A stretch of DNA of 56,151 nt from Chloroflexota bacterium (lineage in GTDB: Bacteria; Chloroflexota; Limnocylindria; QHBO01). Under the pieces are notes generated by a model, which did not search any database, had not been told where the DNA came from, and saw nothing but the letters and a program-made list of their open reading frames with translations. Within the stretch, counting starts at the first letter, position 1. Every line of letters begins with the position of its first letter. Shown piece by piece: positions 1-9,758 of the stretch. The stretch is from assembly GCA_040005815.1 (NCBI GenBank), contig JBDTYC010000001.1, positions 1 through 56,151 on the forward strand. The letters are read 5' to 3'. The translations under genes were made by a program, and so were the position numbers.

Positions 1-37
1 AGTCCGCACAGGTGAGCACCTGATCGGTGTAGGCCAC
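1..37 (-). CDS. possible 5' end of a CDS running off the left edge (MAYTDQVLTCAD...)
   Basis: GTG (rc of 35-37) lies 5 nt downstream of GGGAGGG (rc of 43-49). Only 12 codons are visible and there is no domain evidence. Confidence 0.25.
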   Translation of the reverse strand, partial: MAYTDQVLTCAD

Positions 38-259
38 GAGGACCCTCCCACATAGCGTTACCGCGTCGAGCATCTACGCCGTCGATCAGCGCCGGCCACG
101 GTTCTTGCCGCTACCCCGTGAGCCGACGATCTGACGTGGTGGGAGGGGGAGGGAAGGCTGCTGGCGCCGCTCTCTTTGCGGCCCGACCGGGCGAGTATAC
201 CGAGTGAATCCCGGCACGCAAGAGGGCAGATCCAGCACGATCTGGCTATCCTGAGCGGC

Positions 260-445
260 ATGCGAATGGGTGTCATGGCCCTCGGCGGGCTGCTGGTCCT
301 GGGCGGCGCCGTCTGGATCGCCCAAGGGCTGGATCTACCGTTCGCGCCGCGCAGCTTCATGACCGCTGATCGCACCTGGATCGTGCTGGGATTCGTGGCC
401 GTGGTGGTGGGCGTCGCGACCTTCAGCCGGGCGCGGCGAGGGTAA
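260..445 (+). CDS. small hypothetical membrane protein (61 aa, two hydrophobic helices)
   Basis: Internal ATG of ORF 176..445. The product MRMGVMALGGLLVLGGAVWIAQG...WIVLGFVAVVVGVATF has two TM-like segments. The family is not recognised. Confidence 0.4.
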   Translation: MRMGVMALGGLLVLGGAVWIAQGLDLPFAPRSFMTADRTWIVLGFVAVVVGVATFSRARRG

Positions 446-458
446 TAGCCGGAGCCGG

Positions 459-1043
459 CTAGGCGAGCCTGGCGCCCGCCGCTTCCATCTCGGCCAGGGC
501 ACGCTCGCCGTCGCCGGGGGCCAGCTCAACGGCGGCGATCGCCTGCGTTAGGACGACCGTCTCGAAGCCGAGGCGGCATGCATCCAGCACCGTGCCTCGC
601 ACGCAGTAGTCGGTGGCGAGGCCGCACACAACCACCCGTGCCACGTCCCGGTCGCGAAGGATCTGCTCGAGGTCCGTCGGGCGATCAGCGCCGGTGATCG
701 TGTCGTGCATGGTGAAACCGGAATAGCCATCCTCGCCACTGCTCCCCTTCCGGACGCTGGGACCCGCTACCACCAGCCCCGGGTGCAGCTCCGCGCCCCA
801 CGTCTCCCCGACACAGTGCACGGGCCACACGCCGCCGTCCTTGGCGAAGTGCGGCGTCGAGGACGGATGCCAGTCCTGCGTATAGGCCACCAAGGCGCCT
901 TCGGTTGTGGCGAGGCTGATCTCGTCGTTGATGCGTGCCACCACCGCGTCACAGCCCAGCACGTACAGGCTGCCAGCTGGGTCGGCGAAGTCGTTCTGCA
1001 AGTCGACGACCACGAGCGCGGTCACTGGGTCGTAGCGAGTCAC
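459..1043 (-). CDS. pncA: nicotinamidase/pyrazinamidase (isochorismatase-like hydrolase superfamily)
   Basis: Motifs VVVDLQNDF, QDWHPSSTPHF (metal site) and GLATDYCV (catalytic Cys). GTG at 1043 sits 11 nt after the MFS stop. The 60 aa further upstream in the track ORF are R/P/W-rich junk. Confidence 0.85.
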   Translation of the reverse strand: MTRYDPVTALVVVDLQNDFADPAGSLYVLGCDAVVARINDEISLATTEGALVAYTQDWHPSSTPHFAKDGGVWPVHCVGETWGAELHPGLVVAGPSVRKGSSGEDGYSGFTMHDTITGADRPTDLEQILRDRDVARVVVCGLATDYCVRGTVLDACRLGFETVVLTQAIAAVELAPGDGERALAEMEAAGARLA

Positions 1044-1053
1044 GCGGCCGACG

Positions 1054-2694
1054 TTACTCCAGGGCCGCCATGGAGGCTGGCTCAGATCCGTCGTCGGCCG
1101 TCGCGCCGGTCCGTGCGGGTCCGTGGTGCGTGCGCAGGGGTACTTCCGGAAGCCCGATCGCGACCACGACCAGGGCAACCAGGGCGGCCGCCACGCTGAC
1201 CCACAGCGCGTTGGCGATCGCAAGGCTGAATGCCTCGTGCACGGCCGTGACGACGATCCCCCGGAACTGCTCCGGCACGTTCGCCAGAACCTTGGCCAGC
1301 CCGCCGACGCCAGCCAGATCGCTCGCCGCGCCGGACGACGCGAACCGCTGGGTCAGCTCGGCGGGGACGCCCGCCTTGACCAGCTGCTGGGGGATCTCGG
1401 TCGCGAGTGCGGAGCCGAAGACGGTCCCCCCGATCGCCAGGCCGACCGTGCCGCCAACCTGGCGGAAGAAGGTCAGCGCGCCGGTTGCTGCGCCAAGCTG
1501 GGCGAACGGCGCGGCATTCTGCACCACGATCGTGAAGGCGGCCAGGGTCGGGCCGATGCCGATCCCGGCGACCGCCATCCAGAGCCAGATCTGCGGGAGG
1601 CTCGTGTCGCCGCGGAGCTGCGTCATCAGCAGCAGGCCCAGCGAGAGGAACGCCATGGAGACCACGATCAGCCATCGGTAGCGCCCCGTCCGGCTGATGA
1701 GCTGCCCGGAGATGACCGAGCTCACGATCAGGCCAGCCAGCAACGGCAGGATCTGGTACCCGGACTCGGTGGCGCTGGATCCGAGGACGACCTGGAACCA
1801 GCGCGGGACGAAGATGATGGCCCCGAAAAAACCGAAGCCGGCCAGGAAGACCGCGGCCAGCGAGACGCTGATGGATCGGTTTCGGAAGAGGCTCAGCGGC
1901 AGGATCGGCTCGCTCGCGCGCGACTCCACCCAGACGAAGACCGCGGAAAGCGCCAGTCCAAGCAGGATCAGGCCGCCGACCTCCGGGTTCGTCCAGTCCA
2001 GGTTCTGCTTGTTGGTCAGGCCGATCAGGATCGGCACCAATGCCGCGGCGAAGACCACGCTGCCCAGATAGTCGATGCTGCGCGCCCGCTCCGGATGCTT
2101 GATCGGCGGCAGGAGGCGCCAAATGATGACCAGCGCCACCGCGCCGATCGGAAGGTTGACGAAGAAGATCCAGTGCCAGCTGACATTGTCTGTCAGGAAT
2201 CCGCCGAGGGCGGGACCGATCAGGGCGCTGATCCCGAAGACCGCACCGAACAGCCCCTGGTACTTGCCGCGCTCCGCCGGAGTGAAGAGGTCGCCGATGA
2301 CCGCCAGCGCGATCGGGAAGATGGCACCGGCGCCGAGGCCCTGCAGGCCGCGCGCTGCGACCAGCTGCCACATCTCCTGCGAGAGGCCGGAGAGAGCGGA
2401 GCCGACCAGGAACACGCTGACGCCGATCATGACCATCGGCCGCCGCCCGAAGAGGTCCGAGAGCTTGCCGTAGATGGGGCCACTGATGGTGGCGGTGAGG
2501 AGGTATATGGTGACGACCCAGGTGTAATAGTCGTTGCCACGCAACTGGGTGACGATGGTCGGCAGGGCCGTCCCCACGATCGTCTGGTCGAGGGCGGCCA
2601 GGAATATGGCGAGCAGGATCGCGATCAGGATCTCGGTCCTGGCGCGGGGATCGACGTGCACCGGGGCGTCCATCGGCGCTGAGGTAGCTGTCAC
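1054..2694 (-). CDS. MFS transporter, DHA2 (EmrB/QacA-like, 14-TMS) drug:H+ antiporter family
   Basis: N-terminus reads LAALDQTIVGTALPTI and LSDLFGRRP, with many TM segments. GTG at 2694 is preceded by AAGGAGA (rc of 2701-2707) with a 6-nt spacer. The longer ORF to 2964 is an R/G-rich extension. Confidence 0.85.
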   Translation of the reverse strand: MTATSAPMDAPVHVDPRARTEILIAILLAIFLAALDQTIVGTALPTIVTQLRGNDYYTWVVTIYLLTATISGPIYGKLSDLFGRRPMVMIGVSVFLVGSALSGLSQEMWQLVAARGLQGLGAGAIFPIALAVIGDLFTPAERGKYQGLFGAVFGISALIGPALGGFLTDNVSWHWIFFVNLPIGAVALVIIWRLLPPIKHPERARSIDYLGSVVFAAALVPILIGLTNKQNLDWTNPEVGGLILLGLALSAVFVWVESRASEPILPLSLFRNRSISVSLAAVFLAGFGFFGAIIFVPRWFQVVLGSSATESGYQILPLLAGLIVSSVISGQLISRTGRYRWLIVVSMAFLSLGLLLMTQLRGDTSLPQIWLWMAVAGIGIGPTLAAFTIVVQNAAPFAQLGAATGALTFFRQVGGTVGLAIGGTVFGSALATEIPQQLVKAGVPAELTQRFASSGAASDLAGVGGLAKVLANVPEQFRGIVVTAVHEAFSLAIANALWVSVAAALVALVVVAIGLPEVPLRTHHGPARTGATADDGSEPASMAALE

Positions 2695-2705
2695 GCGTTG
2701 TCTCC

Positions 2706-3170
2706 TTATGAATTCACGCGGTTGAACGCCGCGCGCAAAGCTCGGACCGACGCCAGGAGCTGTTCGCGCTCGGAATCGGAGAGGTGATTGAGGGCCGTCG
2801 CCATCCGCTGGCGACGGCTGTGCTGGAGCTCGCGGATCTCGCCCGCGCCCTCCTCGGAGAGGCGAAGCGTGACCACGCGTCGATCCTCGTTGTCGTGCTG
2901 ACGTGCGACCAGCCCGCGCTCCTCCATGCGGGAGACGATCCCGGTCGTCGCCGGCAGGCCGCATCCCAGGAGCTCGGCGACGCGGCTCATGGGCAGCGAT
3001 CCGTGCGTCTCGAGAAGGGTCATCAGGAGCAGGTGGGTCATGCTGATGGAGCGGGTGTGGCAGCGCTGCGCGAACGCCGCGCGCTCACCGGCAATGATTG
3101 GGCCCAGCTCGTCGAGCAGGTCCGCGGCGACACTTCTCGTGTCGCTAATCGTTCGTGTCACGCGAACCAT
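2706..3170 (-). CDS. MarR family transcriptional regulator
   Basis: Winged-HTH core MSRVAELLGCGLPATTGIVSRMEERGLVARQHDNEDRRVVTLRLSEEG. The stop is 12 nt upstream of the MFS start, suggesting an operon. The start is taken at MVRVTR. Confidence 0.8.
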   Translation of the reverse strand: MVRVTRTISDTRSVAADLLDELGPIIAGERAAFAQRCHTRSISMTHLLLMTLLETHGSLPMSRVAELLGCGLPATTGIVSRMEERGLVARQHDNEDRRVVTLRLSEEGAGEIRELQHSRRQRMATALNHLSDSEREQLLASVRALRAAFNRVNS

Positions 3171-3220
3171 TATGCCGAGGCGAAGCTTCTCATGCAAACC
3201 GGCGGGGTTCGATTCGTCCC

Positions 3221-5128
3221 CTAGCCGGGGAAGAGGCGTCGCAGCCTGCGATAGGCGGCCGCCGCCGGTCCCTGCCGACTGCGGAGCCAGTTCGGGTCGG
3301 GCGCGCTGCGCCGAAGGGTCGAGGTCAGGTCGATGGATGGTCGCGGCGCCGCCGGCGACGGCGGAGCGGGCTCGGCCTCGAATGCCCAGTCGTCCGGTCG
3401 GATCGGCGGCTGGTCCTCGGGGGCCGGCTTGGCCCATTGCCGCGAGACCCTCTTCGTGGGATCGGACCGGATCGGCACCGCTTCGAGAGCCGCCATCGCT
3501 TCGTGCAGTTCGGCGGAGCCAGGCAGGTCGACCGGGCCGGGCGGGATCGGCGTGATCATGGCGCGGATTGCCGCGACTTCGCTCTCATCCCAACCCTCGT
3601 CCTGGGCCAGCCTCGCTAGCTCGTCCTCGGACATCGCGAGCGGCGGGCGCACGCCTTGCATCGGGGATGGCGCTGCATCGACCGCCGGCCATGGCGCTGC
3701 GGAACCACGCTGCGGAGGAAGCGGCTCAACCTGTGGGGGCGGCTCCGGCTCTGCGCCCAGCCACATCACCTCTTCTTCGAAATCCTGCAGGGCAACCGAC
3801 GAGCTCATCGTCTGGGGTTCCGGCGCGTCTGGGACGTTGGCATCCGAGAAACCCGAGCCAGCGTCGCCGGTGTCGTCGACGGCAGCCTCCGTCTCGGCCG
3901 AGGGCACCGGCTCCGGCGGCTGCCAGGGCTCGAAGTCGGTATCGACGTCGAAGGCAACCGGCTCCGGCTCGCCAACGAACCCCGGTTCGGCTGACGCCAC
4001 GGCCAGATCGAGCGGCCCGTCGCCCTCCTCTTCGGCGAGCTCCATCGCTGGCTCCGCGGCTGGAGCGCTCGGGAGCTCGGGCTCGGTCAGCGCAATCGGC
4101 TGATCCACAGCGGGAGTTTCGGCCATTGGCGGCGACTCGGCGGGGGCCCGCGATTCGGCGGCCCCGGCAGCCTCCATGTCGACGGCGTCGAGCCATGCGA
4201 AGTCACCATCGGCGAACCAGTCGGGCTCCATCACGACGGCGCTGTAGGTGGGCGGCTCGGCCTCCGCGGCCACCGCGGGCGCTGGCTCCTGGGCCACCAT
4301 CGCCGGCTCAACGGCATCGGCGGCCGTGACCAGTTCATTGGGAGCGATCTCCAGATCCGGGGCGGCAGGTTCGGCTTCGGCTGCCTGCAGAAGCTCAGGC
4401 TCGGCTTCGACCACAGCTCTCATCTGCGGGTCGAGCACATCTGACCGGGCCTCGACGGTCACCGACGTCGCGCTCGGCTCGAATGAGGTCTCGGGCTCCT
4501 CTGAGTCACCAAGGTCGGCCGCATTCGGATCCTGCGCCCGCGCCAGTGCATCGGCGAAGCCGGCGACGGTCTCCCGGGCAGAGGGTGCCTTGCGCGAGCG
4601 CGACGGGCGACGGACAGGAGGGCGAGGTAACGGAGCGCGACGTGGCGGCGCGGCCCGCGGCGGCGCCGGAGCGGATTGGGGCGGCGCCGGCTCGGTGTCG
4701 GCTGCGGAAGGCGGAATGGTGGCGGACTCCCACGCCACCGGCGCTGCCTCGGGCGGTGGTGGCAGGCGCAGGTCCAGGCGAGCCTCCAGCTGATCGACAC
4801 GCGAGCGGAGGCCTGCCACCTCTCCGCGGGCCTCTCCAAGCGCGAGCAGCGCCTGACCGTAGCGCTCCGTCAGGTTGCGGAACTCGGTGAGCAGCTCGCG
4901 GAAGGCGCTCGCCTCCCCGTCGCCGTGCGAGCCTCCATTGCCGTTCGTGCGCGGTGGCTCGTCGCGGGTGCCTGCCGTGGCGATCGGTCCGGGCTGCGCC
5001 TTGAGAAAAACGCGCATGGAGTCACCCTCGGGGGTGCCAAGCAGCACGCCTCTGGCCAGCAGCTCCCAGACGCGCCCTTCCGCTACCCCGAGGACTGACG
5101 CTGCCTCTTGAACCGAGTAGCCGTCCAT
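3221..5128 (-). CDS. HTH (excisionase/MerR-like) DNA-binding protein with a coiled coil and a long acidic Pro/Ala/Glu-rich low-complexity region
   Basis: N-terminus is MDGYSVQEAASVLGVAEGRVWELLARGVL. A heptad-like segment (TEFRNLTERYGQALLALGEARGEVAGLRSRVDQLEARL) follows, then the basic stretch PRPPVRRPSRSRK, then about 350 aa of E/P/A-rich sequence. The ATG at 5128 is bounded by the start of divergent glgP. Confidence 0.6.
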   Translation of the reverse strand: MDGYSVQEAASVLGVAEGRVWELLARGVLLGTPEGDSMRVFLKAQPGPIATAGTRDEPPRTNGNGGSHGDGEASAFRELLTEFRNLTERYGQALLALGEARGEVAGLRSRVDQLEARLDLRLPPPPEAAPVAWESATIPPSAADTEPAPPQSAPAPPRAAPPRRAPLPRPPVRRPSRSRKAPSARETVAGFADALARAQDPNAADLGDSEEPETSFEPSATSVTVEARSDVLDPQMRAVVEAEPELLQAAEAEPAAPDLEIAPNELVTAADAVEPAMVAQEPAPAVAAEAEPPTYSAVVMEPDWFADGDFAWLDAVDMEAAGAAESRAPAESPPMAETPAVDQPIALTEPELPSAPAAEPAMELAEEEGDGPLDLAVASAEPGFVGEPEPVAFDVDTDFEPWQPPEPVPSAETEAAVDDTGDAGSGFSDANVPDAPEPQTMSSSVALQDFEEEVMWLGAEPEPPPQVEPLPPQRGSAAPWPAVDAAPSPMQGVRPPLAMSEDELARLAQDEGWDESEVAAIRAMITPIPPGPVDLPGSAELHEAMAALEAVPIRSDPTKRVSRQWAKPAPEDQPPIRPDDWAFEAEPAPPSPAAPRPSIDLTSTLRRSAPDPNWLRSRQGPAAAAYRRLRRLFPG

Positions 5129-5236
5129 CACGGGTTCGATAGGGTACGCCCTGGCCGGAAAAACAGCGATACCCTGGCCGACTTTCGCGCAGGGAAGCGG
5201 CCGTGCGTGCCTCGGACTCCCTATCATCGGCCCTCG

Positions 5237-7420
5237 ATGACGTCCACGGTCCGGGTCCCAAGTCAGCCTGGCTACGCCTTCGGGCTCCCGCCCGCACTCG
5301 AGGGGCTGGGCGATCTCGCCTACAACCTGTGGTGGAGCTGGACCCCGCGAGCGGGTGCGCTCTTCGCGCGCATCGACTCGGCGGCATGGTCCCGCCACCG
5401 CAGCCCGATCCCCGTCCTCGCGGGACTCGAGCCCGGCCGATGGACCGAGCTGCTGGCCGACGAGGACTTCATGGTCGACGCCAGCCGTGTCCTCGACGAG
5501 TTCGACCGATACCTCACCAACGGCTCCGACTCGTGGTATCGCGCGGCGGAGGAGGCGGATCCTGCGGCCTCGCTCCCCGGCCCGATCGCCTATTTCTGCG
5601 CGGAGTACGGCATCCACGAGTCGATGCAGATCTACTCCGGCGGCCTTGGCATCCTGGCCGGGGATCACTGCAAGTCGGCGTCCGATGCCGCCCTCCCGTT
5701 CGTGGGAGTCGGGCTCCTGTATCGGCGCGGGTACTTCCGCCAGCAGATCGACGCCGATGGCCACCAGGAGCACGCCCAGCCGGACCTGGACCCCGCCATG
5801 CTGTCGCTGCGGCGCGCGCGAGGCCGGGATGGCTCGGCGTTGCAGGTGAGCGTTGACTTCCCCGATCGCAAGGTCCACGTCGCCGTGTGGCTGGCGCAGG
5901 TCGGCCGCGTGCCGCTCCTGCTGCTCGATACGGACATCCCCGCCAACGAGGGGAGCGACCGCCCGATCACCCACATCCTCTACGTCCGCGGGCGCGAGAT
6001 GCGTCTCTGCCAGGAGATCGTGCTGGGGATCGGCGGGGTCCGGGCACTGCGCGGACTCGGAATCGAGCCCGCGGCGTGGCACCTGAACGAGGGCCATTCG
6101 GCGTTCCTGCTGCTCGAGCGAGCGCGGGAGCTGGTCGAGGCACAGCCGGGCCTCGGGGCCGATGAGGCGCTGCGGCGGGTCGGTCACAACTCGGTCTTCA
6201 CCATCCACACCCCGGTCAAGGACGGCAACGAGCAGTTCGAGCGCGGCCTCGCCAGCAGGCTGCTGAGCCCGTGGCTCAAGGCCTGCAGCATGCCGGCCGA
6301 GCAGCTGATGGAGCTGGGTCGCGGGCTCGGCGACGAGGTCGAGCCGCCGTTCGACATGACGGCCTTCGTCCTGCGCCACGCGACCGCGGCCAACGCGGTC
6401 AGCCGCCTGCACGCGGAGACCGCCAACGTGACCTGGGCATCGCTTCGCCCGGACCCGATCTCGGCGATCACCAATGGCGTCCACGCCGCGACCTGGATCG
6501 GCCGTCCCCTGCGGCGTCTGTACGAGCGCGCGACGGCTCGCTCGCTGGGGAGCGACGCACCGCGCGCGGAGGTCTTCGAGAAGCTGGCGGATCTCCCCGA
6601 AAACGATCTCTGGGGTGCGCACCGCCAGCAGAAGCGGGAGCTGATCGAGTTCATGCGCAGCCGCCTGGCCCGCCAGTTCGCCCGCCACGGCGAATCGCCC
6701 CGCGTCCTGCGCGAGCTGCACGCTGCCTTCGACCCCGAGACGCTGATCATCGGCTTCGCCCGCCGCTTCGCGACTTACAAGCGGGCCGACCTGCTCTTCC
6801 ACGACGAGCATCGGCTCGCACGGCTCCTGGCCGACAGCGAACGCCCGGTGCAGCTCGTCCTCGCCGGCAAGGCGCACCCCGCCGACCGTCCGGGGCAGCA
6901 GGTGATCCAGCGCATCTTCACCCTCTCGCGGACCGAGCCCCTGCGCGGCCGGGTCTTCATCCTGGAGGACTACGACATGCGCATCGCTCGCTTCCTGGTA
7001 GGAGGGGTGGACATCTGGCTCAACAACCCGCGCCGGCCGATGGAGGCGTCAGGCACCTCTGGGATGAAGGCGGCCATGAACGGTATCCCGTCGATCAGCA
7101 TCCTGGACGGGTGGTGGGACGAAGGGTTCAACGGTCGAAACGGCTGGGCGATCGGCGGTCGCGAGACGCTGGCCGACGATGCCGCGCAGGACGAGGCCGA
7201 CGCGGCCGAGCTCTATCGGCTGCTCGAGGAGGAGGTCGTGCCGCGCTTCTATGCGCGCGATGGGGAGGGGGTGCCGGGCGACTGGATCACGACCATGCGT
7301 GAGGCGATCGACGCCGCGATCTGGCAGTTCAGCACGGCGCGGATGCTGGGCGAGTACGTCGAGCGGTTGTACCGGCCGGCCTCGCGGAGCGCAGAACCGG
7401 CCGCGGCGACATCGGCCTAG
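5237..7420 (+). CDS. glgP: alpha-glucan (glycogen/maltodextrin) phosphorylase, GT35 'alpha-glucan family phosphorylase' type
   Basis: Motifs LAYNLWWSWTP, YFCAEYGIHES, GGLGILAGDH and the PLP-Lys motif EASGTSGMKAAMNG. The start is taken at MTSTVRVP. Confidence 0.85.
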   Translation: MTSTVRVPSQPGYAFGLPPALEGLGDLAYNLWWSWTPRAGALFARIDSAAWSRHRSPIPVLAGLEPGRWTELLADEDFMVDASRVLDEFDRYLTNGSDSWYRAAEEADPAASLPGPIAYFCAEYGIHESMQIYSGGLGILAGDHCKSASDAALPFVGVGLLYRRGYFRQQIDADGHQEHAQPDLDPAMLSLRRARGRDGSALQVSVDFPDRKVHVAVWLAQVGRVPLLLLDTDIPANEGSDRPITHILYVRGREMRLCQEIVLGIGGVRALRGLGIEPAAWHLNEGHSAFLLLERARELVEAQPGLGADEALRRVGHNSVFTIHTPVKDGNEQFERGLASRLLSPWLKACSMPAEQLMELGRGLGDEVEPPFDMTAFVLRHATAANAVSRLHAETANVTWASLRPDPISAITNGVHAATWIGRPLRRLYERATARSLGSDAPRAEVFEKLADLPENDLWGAHRQQKRELIEFMRSRLARQFARHGESPRVLRELHAAFDPETLIIGFARRFATYKRADLLFHDEHRLARLLADSERPVQLVLAGKAHPADRPGQQVIQRIFTLSRTEPLRGRVFILEDYDMRIARFLVGGVDIWLNNPRRPMEASGTSGMKAAMNGIPSISILDGWWDEGFNGRNGWAIGGRETLADDAAQDEADAAELYRLLEEEVVPRFYARDGEGVPGDWITTMREAIDAAIWQFSTARMLGEYVERLYRPASRSAEPAAATSA

Positions 7421-8742
7421 GGCAGGTAGATCCTCGGGTTTTCCCACACCCCGTGGTCGTTGATACCCATGTGCAGGTGGCATCCGGTCGAGTTGCCCGT
7501 GGTCCCCTCGTAGCCGATGACCTGGCCCCTGGCCACCACCTGGCCGGCACGCACGATGACCACCGCCTTGAGGTGCCAGTACCAGCTCTGGACTCCGGAG
7601 CCGTGGCTGATCACGACGCCGTAGCCCGAATCCCACGGCCATAGCGGCTGGCCCGATGCCTTCACGGTCCCGGTGCCAATCGCGAGGATTGGCGTGCCGC
7701 AGCCCTGCCCAAGGTCGATCCCGCCGTGGAAGTGCGAGTAATACACGCCCTTGTAGGTGTAGGGGGGTTCAAGGACGAAGCGGGTTGGCCCCCACTCCTG
7801 GGTCACGTGGAAGCCGACCTCTGGCCATTTGAAGCCGAACGCGGAGGGCGCCTGGCGCCGCGCATCCTCTTCGGCCTGCAGCTTGGCGACCAGCCTCGTC
7901 TGCGCATCGAACGCCTTCTGGCCGTCGGCGATCTGCTGCGCCACATTGCCCTTGGCCTCCAGGGCTGCGTTCAGGGCGTCGTCCTGCTCTTGCCGCTTCC
8001 GGTCCGCGGCGGACCTCAGCTGGGCAAGCTGTTGCTGCATCGCCGCCAGCTCCGCCTGGCGCTGGGCCAGCAGCACGGCCTCCGCATCGCCCTGGTCGCG
8101 AGCGGCAGCAACCTGCTGGCGTCCGTCGCGCAGGGCCCCCTCCCTGGATTGGAGGCTGGCACGCAGGTCTCGAATCTCCTCTGCCAGCTGCTTGTCCTGG
8201 TCGGAGACGGTCAGCAGGTAGCCCACCTGCGTCGTCGCGGCGTCCAGCGAGTCTGCCGAAAGGAGCAGCTCAAGCACGGACGTCTGGGCCCGCTCGTAGG
8301 CCGAACGGAGATGCTCCTGGAGCAGCGATTCGCGGTTGCGCAGCTCTTCGTTCTGGACCCTGATCTGGACCTCGACCGCCAGCAGCTGCTTGTCGAGGGC
8401 GGCGATTTGCGCGCGCAAGTCAGCCAGGCGCGCCGTGATATCGGCGACCTCGTCCTGCACCTCGTTCAACAGCGCACTGATGTGGTTGTACTCGGCCGTC
8501 ACCGAGGCCAGCTGCGCCCTTGCGCCGTCGAGCTTGCCGGCAAGGGTCGCCGCCTTGTCCTTGAGGGCGGCGAGGGCAGCGCGCTGCGCACTCAGAGTTG
8601 CCTCGAGTGCGTCCTGCTGCGCCTTCGCTTCGGCGAGCGGGTCCGCGGCCTGGGCTTGGTCGCGGGGTGCGGTGGTGACGATGCTCGTTCCGACCATCAG
8701 GAGGGCAATTACCATGATGGCCAGGTGAGATCGTCGCCTCAT
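7417..8742 (-). CDS. M23 family metallopeptidase with signal/TM anchor and a long coiled coil (EnvC-like architecture)
   Basis: N-terminal hydrophobic segment LAIMVIALLMVGTSIV, then about 280 aa rich in Q/A/L/E. The C-terminal M23 core carries HFHGGIDL and GCHLHMGI. The stop overlaps the glgP stop by 4 nt (convergent). Confidence 0.85.
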   Translation of the reverse strand: MRRRSHLAIMVIALLMVGTSIVTTAPRDQAQAADPLAEAKAQQDALEATLSAQRAALAALKDKAATLAGKLDGARAQLASVTAEYNHISALLNEVQDEVADITARLADLRAQIAALDKQLLAVEVQIRVQNEELRNRESLLQEHLRSAYERAQTSVLELLLSADSLDAATTQVGYLLTVSDQDKQLAEEIRDLRASLQSREGALRDGRQQVAAARDQGDAEAVLLAQRQAELAAMQQQLAQLRSAADRKRQEQDDALNAALEAKGNVAQQIADGQKAFDAQTRLVAKLQAEEDARRQAPSAFGFKWPEVGFHVTQEWGPTRFVLEPPYTYKGVYYSHFHGGIDLGQGCGTPILAIGTGTVKASGQPLWPWDSGYGVVISHGSGVQSWYWHLKAVVIVRAGQVVARGQVIGYEGTTGNSTGCHLHMGINDHGVWENPRIYLP

Positions 8743-8859
8743 ACGACAATCATCTGTAGTTGTTCCATTGGCCCAGATGCCCCGTCTACGTGCTCCTGTC
8801 GCGATCCTAAGCGCGCATGCAGAGCGCGTGACGTGGTCGGAAGGTACCACCTGATCTAG

Positions 8860-9756
8860 TCAAGAGTCCACCTCTTTGTCCTGCGCCTCGTCGTCCTCGA
8901 GCACGCTTGCGCGTGCGATCTCGGCTCCCAGGAGCACGACCATGCTCGAAAGATGGAGGAAGACGAGCAGCGAAATGACAGTCGAGATCGGGCCGAAGAA
9001 GCTCTCGTAGCGGGCGACGTCAGTCGCGTACCAGGTGAACCCTGAGCGCAGGACCGTGAACAGAATCGCGGCCACCAGGGCGCCCGGCAGGACCTGGCGA
9101 AAGGTGACGGCGCGATTCGGGACGACCCGATAGATCACGAGCAGAGCGACCAGGACGAGCAGCATCGGGAGGAGCAGCCCCACCAGGTTGACGAGCAGCT
9201 CGCCGCCATGCCCTCCACCGGGGATCCTGCTTGCCATCCGCGTGGCGATCCCTTCCGCAAGGCCGATCCCGATTGACGCCAGCGCGAGGAGCCCCGCGCC
9301 CGCGAGCAGGAGGAGCCCGATCAGCTTGTCCTGCCAGAACGGACGTCGCGTGGTGGTCGCGAAGGCGCGCCCGACGCCGGTGCTCAGTGCGCCGAAGAAG
9401 CCGATGGAGCCCCACGCCAGGATGGCGACGCTCACGATGGTGACGCCGCCGCGCGACTCGATGATGCTCTCGACGATCGCGCCGACCGTTCCCGGCTCGA
9501 GGGGCAGGGCGTGTTCCAGCCGCCCGATCAGCAGCCTTCGAGCCTCGCCCTCGCCGACGACCAGGCTGAAGGCGATGACGCCCAGGACCACGACCTGGAA
9601 GAGCGAGAGGATCGCGAAATAAGCCATGCCGCTGGCCACATCCCCGCCGTCGTGCAGGGCGAAGCCGGCCAGGGCGCGACGGGCGATCCGCGTCGACGGG
9701 CGTTGGCCCGCCCATTCATCGGCCGCCTCCAGGACCCGCTTCCAACGCTCGAGCAT
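8860..9756 (-). CDS. YihY/BrkB (virulence factor BrkB / 'RNase BN-like') family membrane protein
   Basis: Motif SGMAYFAILSLFQVVVLGV, about 6 TM segments, and a C-terminal acidic tail. The start is taken at MLERWKRV. Confidence 0.75.
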   Translation of the reverse strand: MLERWKRVLEAADEWAGQRPSTRIARRALAGFALHDGGDVASGMAYFAILSLFQVVVLGVIAFSLVVGEGEARRLLIGRLEHALPLEPGTVGAIVESIIESRGGVTIVSVAILAWGSIGFFGALSTGVGRAFATTTRRPFWQDKLIGLLLLAGAGLLALASIGIGLAEGIATRMASRIPGGGHGGELLVNLVGLLLPMLLVLVALLVIYRVVPNRAVTFRQVLPGALVAAILFTVLRSGFTWYATDVARYESFFGPISTVISLLVFLHLSSMVVLLGAEIARASVLEDDEAQDKEVDS

Positions 9757-9758
9757 GG

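Noticed and set aside
138-157. G-rich tract GGTGGGAGGGGGAGGGAAGG (possible G-quadruplex or SD)
   Set aside because: It has only three clear G3+ runs and no start codon at SD distance downstream. Such tracts are common in high-GC intergenic DNA, so I do not consider it meaningful without data.
1082-2682. ORFs 1123..2682 (+, 519 aa) and 1082..2371 (-, 429 aa)
   Set aside because: They overlap the MFS transporter gene either in antisense or in an alternative frame. Their products are hydrophilic R/D/G/P-rich sequences, whereas the chosen frame gives 14 TM helices and MFS motifs.
5129-6877. Upstream 580 codons of the 1218-aa minus-strand ORF 3221..6877
   Set aside because: This part is antisense to glgP, which has strong GT35/PLP motifs, and is compositionally junk (R/G/A/P/D). 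The recognisable HTH begins at the ATG at 5128.
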